From: Candidatus Iainarchaeum sp.
GTDB taxonomy: Archaea > Iainarchaeota > Iainarchaeia > Iainarchaeales > JACQJH01
Direction: 5' to 3'
Length of the DNA: 32,000 nt
Assembly: GCA_016205145.1 (NCBI GenBank)
Contig: JACQJH010000002.1
Coordinates: 240,001 to 272,000, forward strand
The position numbers and the translations under genes are program-made. Below the pieces are notes generated by a model that searched no databases, was not told the DNA's origin, and saw nothing but the letters and a program-made list of their open reading frames with translations. Position 1 is the stretch's first letter, and each line of letters opens with the position of its first letter. Below, piece after piece: positions 23,096 to 31,365 of the stretch.

Positions 23096-24316
23096 CTACT
23101 TTACCATACGCTCAAAAAATTCTTCAAATTGCCTTACAACCAAGGGAACATCAAAATCTTTTGCCCTTTTTTTCGCATTGGCTGAAAGGCGGCGGTGAAG
23201 GCGTTTGTCCGACAAAACCCTGACAACAGCTTTGGCCATGGCATCCGGATTGCCAACAGGGACGAGCAAGCCATTCCTGCCATGCGAAATAATTTCCTTT
23301 GGACCGGACTTGCAGTCGGCTGAAACCACCGGAATGCCCAAAGCCATTGCTTCAAGAACAACGTTGGGAAGCCCTTCATAACGCGAGGATAGAACAAAAA
23401 CATCCGCTTTCGAAAAAAACTTCCACGGATTCGATTGCCACCCCACAAAATCGACAAAATCCCGGACACCAAAACGCTCAGACAAAGCCAAAAGCGCTGC
23501 CAACTCAGGCCCCTCGCCAACAATAACAAGCCTGCAGTCAACATGACGGCGAACCAAACAAAAAGCATCCAACAAAATATCAAAACCCTTCTGCGGGACA
23601 AGCCTGCCGCACGCGACAATTATTGGCGGGTTATGTGCGGAAACCCGGGAGCGGTCAACTTTTTCTTTGCCGGCTTTTAAAACTGCGCCAATGTCAACAG
23701 GGTTGTAAATAGTGAAAACCTTGGCTGACGGCAAACCATAAACGCTGACAAGGGCGTTCGCAGTTTCTTTTGAATTTGTGATAATCGCATCCGCCACGGG
23801 ATAAAGCTTGCGGATAATTGCCGGCTCACTATCAGGCTCAAGCGGAGAAAAAGCCCTCTCGCTGACAATGGATTTGTATCCAAAAAACGGGGAAGAAAAA
23901 ACAGCCAAAAAATTTGGCAAAGGCAAGAGGCTGAAAACAATATCTGGCTTATCCCGCCCAAAAAAGTCGATAAGAGACCTTATGTGGAAAAAAAAACCAA
24001 AACTCAAATAGGCCGGGTAAGCGGCCTTTTTGGAGTTAGTATAACAAAAAACTGCACGCAAATCATTAACAAATTTTAAACAAATAGAATAAAGTTTCAA
24101 AAAAAATTTCAGACAAAAAAACTTAAAGCCGACATTAAGGCGGAGAAACTTCACCCCGACATCAAGCGGATAGTGTTTCCCGCTAACCAAGGCAACAATT
24201 GTAACATCGAATTTTTTTTTGTCGAGGTTGTTAGCCAAAACCTGCACAAACCGTTCAGCGCCTCCGGAATAGAGGTCATATAAAAAAAATGATATTTTGA
24301 TTCGTTTGCTCGCCAT
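23096..24316 (-). CDS. Glycosyltransferase, GT4 family
   Basis: The N-terminus KISFFLYDLYSGGAERFV and the C-terminal SSRYEGLPNVVLEAMALGIPVVSADCKSGPKEII (E-x7-E region) are typical of GT4 enzymes. Confidence 0.85.
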   Translation of the reverse strand: MASKRIKISFFLYDLYSGGAERFVQVLANNLDKKKFDVTIVALVSGKHYPLDVGVKFLRLNVGFKFFCLKFFLKLYSICLKFVNDLRAVFCYTNSKKAAYPAYLSFGFFFHIRSLIDFFGRDKPDIVFSLLPLPNFLAVFSSPFFGYKSIVSERAFSPLEPDSEPAIIRKLYPVADAIITNSKETANALVSVYGLPSAKVFTIYNPVDIGAVLKAGKEKVDRSRVSAHNPPIIVACGRLVPQKGFDILLDAFCLVRRHVDCRLVIVGEGPELAALLALSERFGVRDFVDFVGWQSNPWKFFSKADVFVLSSRYEGLPNVVLEAMALGIPVVSADCKSGPKEIISHGRNGLLVPVGNPDAMAKAVVRVLSDKRLHRRLSANAKKRAKDFDVPLVVRQFEEFFERMVK

Positions 24317-24423
24317 TCAAGTTAATTTAAAAGCCTTAAAATTTAAAACACATACCAAGAAATGCGTTAAAATACTAGTTTAAATAACAAAATTCCAATA
24401 CAACGGGGAAAAAAGACGGCAAC

Positions 24424-25388
24424 ATGGGCGTCAAGGCAGACATGCTTTCCGGCAAATTTCCGCGGGCAACACTTTTCACGGTCTCCATTTTGGGCATATT
24501 TCTAATTTCAGCCATATCCGATCCGATGCTTGCTATTGCAACGGGGGTGGCATTTTTTGCGCTCGCATTCCATGACCGGAAAACAGCCATGCTTTTGACG
24601 ATATTTCTCACACCAGTATCAATCGAAACAAAAACATCATTCGGGCAGACTTTTTTTATCCTGCCGGAAATAATGCTTTTCGCAATTGTGTTGGCGTGGG
24701 TCTTGAAATCGCCAAAACTGGCATAACAGGCATATCGCAAAAAATGTGACCAAAAGGGAAACGCTGAAGGCATATTTGTCAGAATTTTGCCAAACATAAA
24801 AGGCGGCAATTTTTATCCAATCGAAATAGAAGTCTACGACAATAGCATCCGGGAGGGAATACAATTGGACAAGATTTTCCTGTTCAAAAGGCTTGCCAAC
24901 ACAGAAGAAGATTTTGCGACAAGAAATCTTGTCTTCGAAAAATGCTTTGAAAGATTCCTGAAAAGCCCCATTGCCGGGCCCGATAAAGAGTCGTTCAACC
25001 AGGAATTTTTGGCCAAAAAAATCGACGACATTGTTTATCTTCATCCGTTCATTTTGACATGGCTTGGCAACTGGGAAAAAAGCGCAGAACAAAAAACCTG
25101 TCCGCCGAATTCGCACAACGTTTTCATGCAAATGCTGATTGACGGCGGAATCATTGCACTTATTGCGTTTCTGTGGCTGTTTTTTGAAGCCGTAAGAGGC
25201 GTTTAAAATCATTAAAATATGCTGAAACCAGCGGTGAGTTGGCTATTTCTGCTGCACTGGCAGCAGCGCTCGCCGCATTTATTATAGGCGGCATGTTCGA
25301 GAACGTTCTTTTCTGGCAGAACAACATCCTGCTTTTCTGGCTCGCCCTTGCCATTATTGAAATAATCCAAAAAAGAAAGAATAAATAA
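24424..25388 (+). pseudogene. Decayed Wzy/O-antigen-ligase-like gene (in-frame stop, frameshift, missing central TM region)
   Basis: ORFs 24424..24726 and 24787..25206 are in the same frame, separated by a TAA at 24724. After ~25200 the homology continues in another frame. My hand translation of that frame reads ...ISAALAAALAAFIIGGMFENVLFWQNNILLFWLALAIIEIIQKRKNK*, with the stop at 25386-25388. RNLVFEKCFERFLKSPIAGPDKESF and NSHNVFMQMLIDGGIIALIAF parallel RKNMLFDALSIFLANPFMGAGYDTSRY and DAHNIYAEVLAETGIIGFIF of the intact neighbour. Confidence 0.45.
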
Positions 25389-25412
25389 CCAGAAAACCAA
25401 TTATTTTCCCGG

Positions 25413-26819
25413 ATGAAGCTTACAAAAGCGGAAGCCGGCACAATAATTCTGCTGGCCGCCACAATAGGGTTCTTTCTGCCCCTTGAAATGGCGTTAGCCA
25501 CGGTTGTTTCCGCGGTCGTGGCAATACTCCTCTTCAAAAACTACCATTTCGCGGTTCTTCTCCTTCTGATAGTCGGCTATGCGGGAATAACACCGGCAGG
25601 CCTTCTGCAATCCGCGGTACCGCTGAACAAAATAATATTTGCCATCCTGGCTTTTTTCTTTGTAGCGGAGTATTTCATTAAAAAGGAAAAAAAACTTTTT
25701 TTCCCAAACCAGCTTTTTGCGGTCATCGGATTCATGTCGGTTGCTGCAATATCAACGATTCTTGGCACGGCCGGCGGAACTCTTAGCTTTTTTTTGGATC
25801 CGAAAATGGCACTCACCCTGATTTTCATGATATACCTGACAAGAAACATGAAAGCGGCAAAAAACACTTTTTGGGTCCTGTCGGCAATAATAATCATTTT
25901 CGCCGGCTTGAGCCTTGCCAGCGGCGGAATATTTGAAGGCGGAGGCATAGAATTTATCGACAGATTAGAAAACCGGAATACGCTTGGCATAAACCTCTTG
26001 CCGCTGATGCCATTGGCTTTTGCGATGCTACTCATAACTAACAAAGAAACCAAGCCGTTTGAAGGAATACCAAAAAAAGCGTTCCTCCTGCTGGCAGTCC
26101 TTGCGGTATTCGTCGTGATATTTGTGACAGGTTCAAGAGGCAGCATTATAGGTGTCGCGGCCATGCTCCCAATGCTTTTCTACTATTTTCCAAAACAGAA
26201 AATATGGCCGGTCATTGCAATAATTCTGCTTGTTTCTGCGCCATTCTTTTATTGGAAAGTCGAAGACGTTGTGAGCCGGGTCCAAGGCTTGGGTGCGCTA
26301 GCAGGCGAAACCGGAAATTCGCAATTCACGGGAGCCCATTCGATCGAAGAAAGAAAAAATATGCTTTTTGATGCGCTTAGCATCTTCTTAGCAAACCCTT
26401 TTATGGGGGCCGGCTATGACACATCAAGATATCTATTAGGGCTTAAAGGGTACTATAAAAATCTGGAAAAAACAGGGGAACTTGTCAACTACCAGGATGC
26501 GCACAACATTTACGCGGAAGTCCTCGCCGAAACAGGCATAATCGGATTCATATTCTACGCAATGATAATAGCGTTCTCGTTCTGGGATATTGGCCGAGCG
26601 GAAAAAAATTTCACAGAAAAAGGCGAAAACGATGGCGCCACCATGGCAAAATGCCTGCGGGTTTCACTTGTCGGAATGCTTGTTTTAGGGTTTGCCGGAA
26701 ACGAACCGTTCTATCTAATATTCATTATTTTGGTCGCGCTTGGAATCATCCTGAGGCAGGTTTCAATAGATTTAAATAAGGAAAAACAGTATGAATTAGG
26801 GTCGGCTGGGCACTTTTAG
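25413..26819 (+). CDS. O-antigen ligase/polymerase-like (Wzy_C family) polytopic membrane protein
   Basis: 468 aa with about 10-12 hydrophobic helices. A large loop carries R..MLFDAL..FLANPFMGAGYD and the AHNIYAEVLAETGIIG motif characteristic of the O-antigen ligase/Wzy family. Confidence 0.8.
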   Translation: MKLTKAEAGTIILLAATIGFFLPLEMALATVVSAVVAILLFKNYHFAVLLLLIVGYAGITPAGLLQSAVPLNKIIFAILAFFFVAEYFIKKEKKLFFPNQLFAVIGFMSVAAISTILGTAGGTLSFFLDPKMALTLIFMIYLTRNMKAAKNTFWVLSAIIIIFAGLSLASGGIFEGGGIEFIDRLENRNTLGINLLPLMPLAFAMLLITNKETKPFEGIPKKAFLLLAVLAVFVVIFVTGSRGSIIGVAAMLPMLFYYFPKQKIWPVIAIILLVSAPFFYWKVEDVVSRVQGLGALAGETGNSQFTGAHSIEERKNMLFDALSIFLANPFMGAGYDTSRYLLGLKGYYKNLEKTGELVNYQDAHNIYAEVLAETGIIGFIFYAMIIAFSFWDIGRAEKNFTEKGENDGATMAKCLRVSLVGMLVLGFAGNEPFYLIFIILVALGIILRQVSIDLNKEKQYELGSAGHF

Positions 26820-26828
26820 GCGGGAACT

Positions 26829-28268
26829 ATGGAATTGGTGGACAAACACGGCAAACTGTTCGGCAAAGCAAATGTTGTCGACGTTCTGATAGTTGTTGCA
26901 CTTATACTGGGAGCCTATACAGCATACACATTCCTATTCGGCTTGGACAAGCCCACATATGTGACAATCCTTTCAAAAAACCAGCCGAGCTGGGTTTACA
27001 AAAACATACGTGTCGGAGACAAAGAACTCGGATATTTCACGGGCAGGGAGCTCGGCGAAGTTGTCGGCATTGAGCAAATACCATCGTTCCAGAACAAGGC
27101 CGATCTAGTGGTTGTAATGAAAATTGACGCTTCAAACAAGAACGGGGTTTTGTTTTACAAGGATGTCATAATCAACATAGGCAAACCCATCAAGATAAGC
27201 CTCGGAAACGTTTATCTGAATGGCCAGATAATCGGATTGGGCGAAACAAAGCCGCAGACCACGGTCCAACCAGATGAAAAAATAATCGAAGCCCGGGCCG
27301 AAGGCGTTTCATCTGAAGTCGCCGCGGAATTCTTCAATGGCAAGACTATTGAGCAAGGCGGGCAAAAAATTTTCGAAATATTGGACATAGAAAAAATCGC
27401 GACCGATTATAAAACTTATAACATCGTCATGAAATTTTTGATTGAAACAAAACGTTTTGACGAACGGCTTGTTTTCGGCGGGCAGACGATCAGAAAAGGC
27501 GACAATTTCGAGATTGACGATGGCGGCATTCAACTTAAAACAAAAATAGTCGACGTTTTGCCTTTTGAGGAAAAAAACAAGCGCCTTGCTGAAACTAAGA
27601 CCTTCAAGATAGTTGATTTGGAAGCCTGGGATTTCCCGCTTAGCACAGCCAGATACCTTCTTCCAGGAAGCGGCGAAACTGACTCTGACATGGAAAAGGT
27701 TTCTGAAATAAAGGAAATAAGCGGCGAGAAAACAACGGACGGGATTGCACACGTGAGGCTCAAAGCAGAAATACAGGTCGAAATTAAAAAGGGAGTTCCG
27801 ATGTACAAAAACGAGCAGCTCAATATTGGCGACACCATCAGCATAAATATACCAAATGCAACGATTTCCGGCGCCATACGCGGAATTTACAATAGCATGG
27901 AAGAAATACCGAAAAGCGAGACATTTTACAAAACCGTGACACTGAAAGCCAGAAATATAAATCCTTGGACTGCCGGCAAAATAGCTGCGGGTGATACCGA
28001 AACCAGCCTTGGCGGCGGCATAATTATAAGCAAAATCTTGGAAAAGTCTGAAAAGCCGGCTGAAATAATAACAACATCCGACAGCGGGCAAATATTGAAA
28101 ACTATTCACCCGGAAAACAAGGATTTGGATCTGAAAGCAGAACTGCTTCTCAAAAAAGACGAATACGGCCAAACCACATTCAAGGGAAAATTCATAAAAA
28201 CCGGGTATGAAATTTTCCTCAGCTTTGATAACGCCAACATAACCGCGGCAATTGTGGATATAAAATGA
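26829..28268 (+). CDS. DUF4330-like membrane-anchored protein
   Basis: The N-terminus MELVDKHGKLFGKANVVDVLIVVALILGAYTAY matches my recollection of the DUF4330 signature (idkkGrLFGkiniiDllvvl). The remainder is beta-rich and extracellular. The antisense 373 aa ORF (27309..28430) is F-rich and was rejected. Confidence 0.7.
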   Translation: MELVDKHGKLFGKANVVDVLIVVALILGAYTAYTFLFGLDKPTYVTILSKNQPSWVYKNIRVGDKELGYFTGRELGEVVGIEQIPSFQNKADLVVVMKIDASNKNGVLFYKDVIINIGKPIKISLGNVYLNGQIIGLGETKPQTTVQPDEKIIEARAEGVSSEVAAEFFNGKTIEQGGQKIFEILDIEKIATDYKTYNIVMKFLIETKRFDERLVFGGQTIRKGDNFEIDDGGIQLKTKIVDVLPFEEKNKRLAETKTFKIVDLEAWDFPLSTARYLLPGSGETDSDMEKVSEIKEISGEKTTDGIAHVRLKAEIQVEIKKGVPMYKNEQLNIGDTISINIPNATISGAIRGIYNSMEEIPKSETFYKTVTLKARNINPWTAGKIAAGDTETSLGGGIIISKILEKSEKPAEIITTSDSGQILKTIHPENKDLDLKAELLLKKDEYGQTTFKGKFIKTGYEIFLSFDNANITAAIVDIK

Positions 28269-28828
28269 GCATGGAAAGGGCGGTCGAAGACAGCCGGATA
28301 GTAAAAATGGTTTCAGAGGCATCAGAAGCCTACGAAAACTCATTATTTTTGAAAAAAATACTCTGGTTAAAACATTTATCGGGCGGCTACTCGGAGAAAA
28401 CTGCTGGGTGGCGTCCGATTGCATGGGCAAAAAAAAGCATTGCGAAGTTTTATGCGATGAACGCCTTTGAAAACAGCCGCATAGTAAAAAGATCGCTTCA
28501 AATTATTGAATCAACCGCAGAAAACACGTTTTGGGTGCTGTCAAAGGCTGCGAGACCAAGTTTGGGTGCAAAAATCTCAGCAGAACTTGAAAAAAAACCA
28601 TTTACATATCTTGGGCTTGTATCTCTTACGATACTTGCAATCAACACTATTGCCAGCGTAGCCTTTGACAACCAGGGTTTTCCCAGAGATGCTAGAATGA
28701 GAATTATCCTGGCGCTGCTTTTTTTTGCATGCACAAAAATAAGGTACAGCTACCAAGAAATAAGAAAACACAGCAAAATCGTTTCTGTTGCGGACGCTTG
28801 GTGGCAAAAGCAAAAAGCCGCTTGTTGA
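28265..28828 (+). CDS. Hypothetical membrane protein (187 aa)
   Basis: ATGA overlap with the upstream stop. It has an internal duplicated motif (VEDSRIVKMV / FENSRIVKRS) and two C-terminal hydrophobic helices. Confidence 0.6.
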   Translation: MSMERAVEDSRIVKMVSEASEAYENSLFLKKILWLKHLSGGYSEKTAGWRPIAWAKKSIAKFYAMNAFENSRIVKRSLQIIESTAENTFWVLSKAARPSLGAKISAELEKKPFTYLGLVSLTILAINTIASVAFDNQGFPRDARMRIILALLFFACTKIRYSYQEIRKHSKIVSVADAWWQKQKAAC

Positions 28829-29012
28829 AGCGCCCATTACAAAACTTTTCTTGGAAGCGCACGATGGATAAGCTCTTTGAGAAACGCTTAGCTGGCGGCA
28901 AAACAAAAAACCGATGACGCTTTTCCGCCGACCAAGCATTTAAAATCCATTCGCCAGACAATTAAATTGAAGAAAAAACCGGCATTCTTTGCTTTTTTTA
29001 TGGGGGTATTTT

Positions 29013-29447
29013 ATGACTGATTCGAAGAACCAGACCGAGGAAATGGCCAAGGAGATAGTCGAAGGCGAGCTGAAAGCAGAAGAGCAGGCCGCGGAAGCAT
29101 CGGGCGAGGAAGATGAAGGAACCGTTGATGAAAGCAAACTGCCTTTCCCGCGCGCAACCATCGTCAACATGATGAGAAAGCACCTGTCGCAGGGCAAGCA
29201 GATAAAAGGCCAGGTGAAGGACGAGATGAACATCTGGCTCGGAAAAATGGTTGAAAGGATTGCGAAAAAAATGGACGCATACCCGTACACTTATGTGGAC
29301 TATTCGATGTTCAGGGAAGCCGTTGAAACCTATGAAAAAGTGCAGGACATCGAGCTTGAAAAGGAGCGCATAATAAAATACCTTGAAAAAATCAAGGCGG
29401 ACTGCGATTCATTGGCAAGGGAAGTCGACAGGAAATTCGAACTCTGA
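29013..29447 (+). CDS. Histone-fold domain protein with an acidic N-terminal tail and a C-terminal coiled-coil extension
   Basis: LPFPRATIVNMMRKHLSQGKQIKGQVKDEMNIWLGKMVERIAKKMDAYPYTYVDYSMFREAVE follows the alpha1-L1-alpha2-L2-alpha3 layout of archaeal histones/NF-Y (compare LPIAPIGRIIK...RVS.DA...L...E...I...A...A..RKTI...DI). The ATG at 29013 is preceded by tggggg. The track ORF starts at TTG 28989. Confidence 0.65.
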   Translation: MTDSKNQTEEMAKEIVEGELKAEEQAAEASGEEDEGTVDESKLPFPRATIVNMMRKHLSQGKQIKGQVKDEMNIWLGKMVERIAKKMDAYPYTYVDYSMFREAVETYEKVQDIELEKERIIKYLEKIKADCDSLAREVDRKFEL

Positions 29448-29460
29448 AAAAAAAAAGAAT

Positions 29461-30195
29461 TCACTTGCTTTCTTTCAGGCGCCTGAACCTGCGCTTCAGC
29501 CGCCGGCCAAGCCTCCCGAACAGCACCGAAAACTGGGCAAATATTATTTTCAGGTCAAACAAAAAAGACCGCTTTTCAAGGTAGAGCAGGTCAAGCGCGA
29601 GCTTTTCCTTTGGCTTCGTGCTTGAAACGCCTTTCGCCTGCGCCAAACCCGTGAGACCGGGTTTCGCTTCAAGCCGCTTTTTCCAGCCGGACAATTTCCT
29701 GGCAAACCGCCGGTGAAAAAACGGCCTTTCCGGGCGCGGGCCGACAAAGCTCATTTCGCCAAGCAGAATGTTCCACAGCTGCGGCAGCTCGTCAAGGTAG
29801 TAGCGGCGCAAAAGCCTTCCGGTGCGCGTCTGCCTCGGATCATTCCATTTTGAAAGCCTCGGCCCTTCATCCTCGGCGCCCTCGACCATGGTCCTGAATT
29901 TTATGCACGAAAATTTTTTGCCCCCGAAACCAAGGCGCTCCTGCACGAAAAAAACTTTGCCATGCGAGTCAAGCTTTATTGCCATGCCGATTACGGCAAA
30001 TGCCGGCAGGAGAAAAACCAGCGAAACCAGCGAAACCGAAAAATCAAAAAACCGCTTCAGCAACCGCACCACGCAGACACATTGGAAAACAGAAGAAAAG
30101 AAATGCTTTGCCCTACGCCGGCCGGGCGGGGATTGACTCAAGTTCGCGCGCATACCTGCGGAGAAGCTTTTTCCGGTCAAAATGCGCTTCAGCAA
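29461..30195 (-). CDS. Monotopic phosphoglycosyl transferase (bacterial sugar transferase family, PglC/WbaP C-terminal-domain type)
   Basis: KRFFDFSVSLVSLVFLLPAFAVIGMAIKLDSHGKVFFVQERLG..GKKFSCIKFRTM...DPRQTRTGRLLRRYYLDELPQLWNILLGEMSFVGPRPERP is the hallmark sequence of this family. The start is uncertain. 30195 overlaps the upstream gene by 83 nt, so the ATG at 30153 or an internal GTG is more likely. Confidence 0.85.
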   Translation of the reverse strand: MLKRILTGKSFSAGMRANLSQSPPGRRRAKHFFSSVFQCVCVVRLLKRFFDFSVSLVSLVFLLPAFAVIGMAIKLDSHGKVFFVQERLGFGGKKFSCIKFRTMVEGAEDEGPRLSKWNDPRQTRTGRLLRRYYLDELPQLWNILLGEMSFVGPRPERPFFHRRFARKLSGWKKRLEAKPGLTGLAQAKGVSSTKPKEKLALDLLYLEKRSFLFDLKIIFAQFSVLFGRLGRRLKRRFRRLKESK

Positions 30196-31300
30196 AAGCC
30201 CTTCCTTTCCTGCCGAGCCGTTCCCTGCGCCGCGCGTCTTTTTTGATGCGTATTACGGCATCAGCAAACCCGCGCGCGGTTTCCGCAACAACGATTCCGG
30301 AACTCCTCTTCAAAATTCCGGAAAGCGCCCCGGAATTCGAGACAACCGGCTTTCCGCAGGCAAGGTATTCAAGGCACTTGTTAGGAATGAAACTCAGGCC
30401 GGAAACCTTTTCAATCATTGAATTCACGCAGACATCGGCCTGCATCAGAAGCTCCGGAAGGGCGGCTTTGGGGATGACCGGCAGGAAGAGCACGTTGCCT
30501 AGACGATTGGTTTTTGCAAAAGCCTTCAGGCCGGCTTTTCCGCTGCCGTCGCCCACAAGCACGAAAAGCAGTTCCTTATCATGGCGCAAAAGGACCGCGG
30601 CTTCAAGCACGCGCTGAAGACCGTAAAACCGGCCCATGGGTCCCGCATACATCACGACAAACTTTTTCCAGCGCCGCTTTGCGGGCTTTTTGCCTGCAAA
30701 CAAATCCAGGCTGACGCCGTTCGGAATCACAAGCACTTTTCCCGACCCGATTCCGGTTTTCAGGATTTCTTTCCTGAATTCATTGGTGACGCAGACAATC
30801 CTGTCAGCAGACCTGTACAAAAGCCGCTCAATAAAGTTCCCAAGCCGCGCTAACAAGCCATTGCGCAGGGCGCCCATCAAGACAGGCACAAGCGGCCACA
30901 GGTCCCTGACCTCTAAAACAAACCTGGCGCGCCTAGCCTTGGCAATGGCCAGGCCCGCAAGCCCGGACTGCAATGGCGGGGAACTCGCCAGGACAACATC
31001 AATCCGGGGGATTTTAAAGGAGGCAAAAAACGCGCCCAGCATGAAAGACTGCTGCGCCAAAAGCCTTCCGAAAAAGCCAGCGTGATGCGAACCTAGAACA
31101 TTGCAATAAATGACCTGAAGGTTCCTGCGCAGGACAACTTTTGTCACGCCGCGCTTTTTGTCGGTCATATAGTTCCTGTTTCCGGCCAGCACCCAGACAG
31201 TGTGACCGGCTTCCGCAAGAAAAACCGCCAAATCAAATGGCTTCGACGAACCCGGCTCGCCGGGAAGCGTGAAATGCTTGTGAATAATCAGAATATTCAA
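30113..31300 (-). CDS. Glycosyltransferase, GT4 family (WbuB/WcaI-like)
   Basis: The track ORF begins at TTG 31339. The TTG at 31300 gives the canonical M-NILIIHKHFTLPGEPGSSKPFDLAVFLAEAGHTV N-terminus and has GGTGG 5 nt upstream. The C-terminal half is GT4-like (SMIEKVSGLSFIPNKCLEYLACGKPVV). Confidence 0.85.
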   Translation of the reverse strand: MNILIIHKHFTLPGEPGSSKPFDLAVFLAEAGHTVWVLAGNRNYMTDKKRGVTKVVLRRNLQVIYCNVLGSHHAGFFGRLLAQQSFMLGAFFASFKIPRIDVVLASSPPLQSGLAGLAIAKARRARFVLEVRDLWPLVPVLMGALRNGLLARLGNFIERLLYRSADRIVCVTNEFRKEILKTGIGSGKVLVIPNGVSLDLFAGKKPAKRRWKKFVVMYAGPMGRFYGLQRVLEAAVLLRHDKELLFVLVGDGSGKAGLKAFAKTNRLGNVLFLPVIPKAALPELLMQADVCVNSMIEKVSGLSFIPNKCLEYLACGKPVVSNSGALSGILKRSSGIVVAETARGFADAVIRIKKDARRRERLGRKGRAFAEAHFDRKKLLRRYARELESIPARPA

Positions 31301-31365
31301 AAAAACCACCAAATAAGGCAATGTATTTAATAGCAACAATCTAAAAAATTATTAGGATTGACTCA

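Noticed and set aside
24375-25537. Minus-strand ORFs 24375..24809, 24637..25212 and 25160..25537
   Set aside because: They are antisense to the Wzy-like remnant and to the start of the intact Wzy-like gene. They have no recognisable motifs, and they are ordinary shadow ORFs of hydrophobic-protein coding DNA.
27309-28430. 373 aa minus-strand ORF
   Set aside because: It is antisense to the DUF4330-like gene. Its Phe/Cys/Arg-rich, low-complexity composition is typical of the reverse complement of Lys/Glu/Ile-rich coding DNA, and it spans the junction of two + strand genes.
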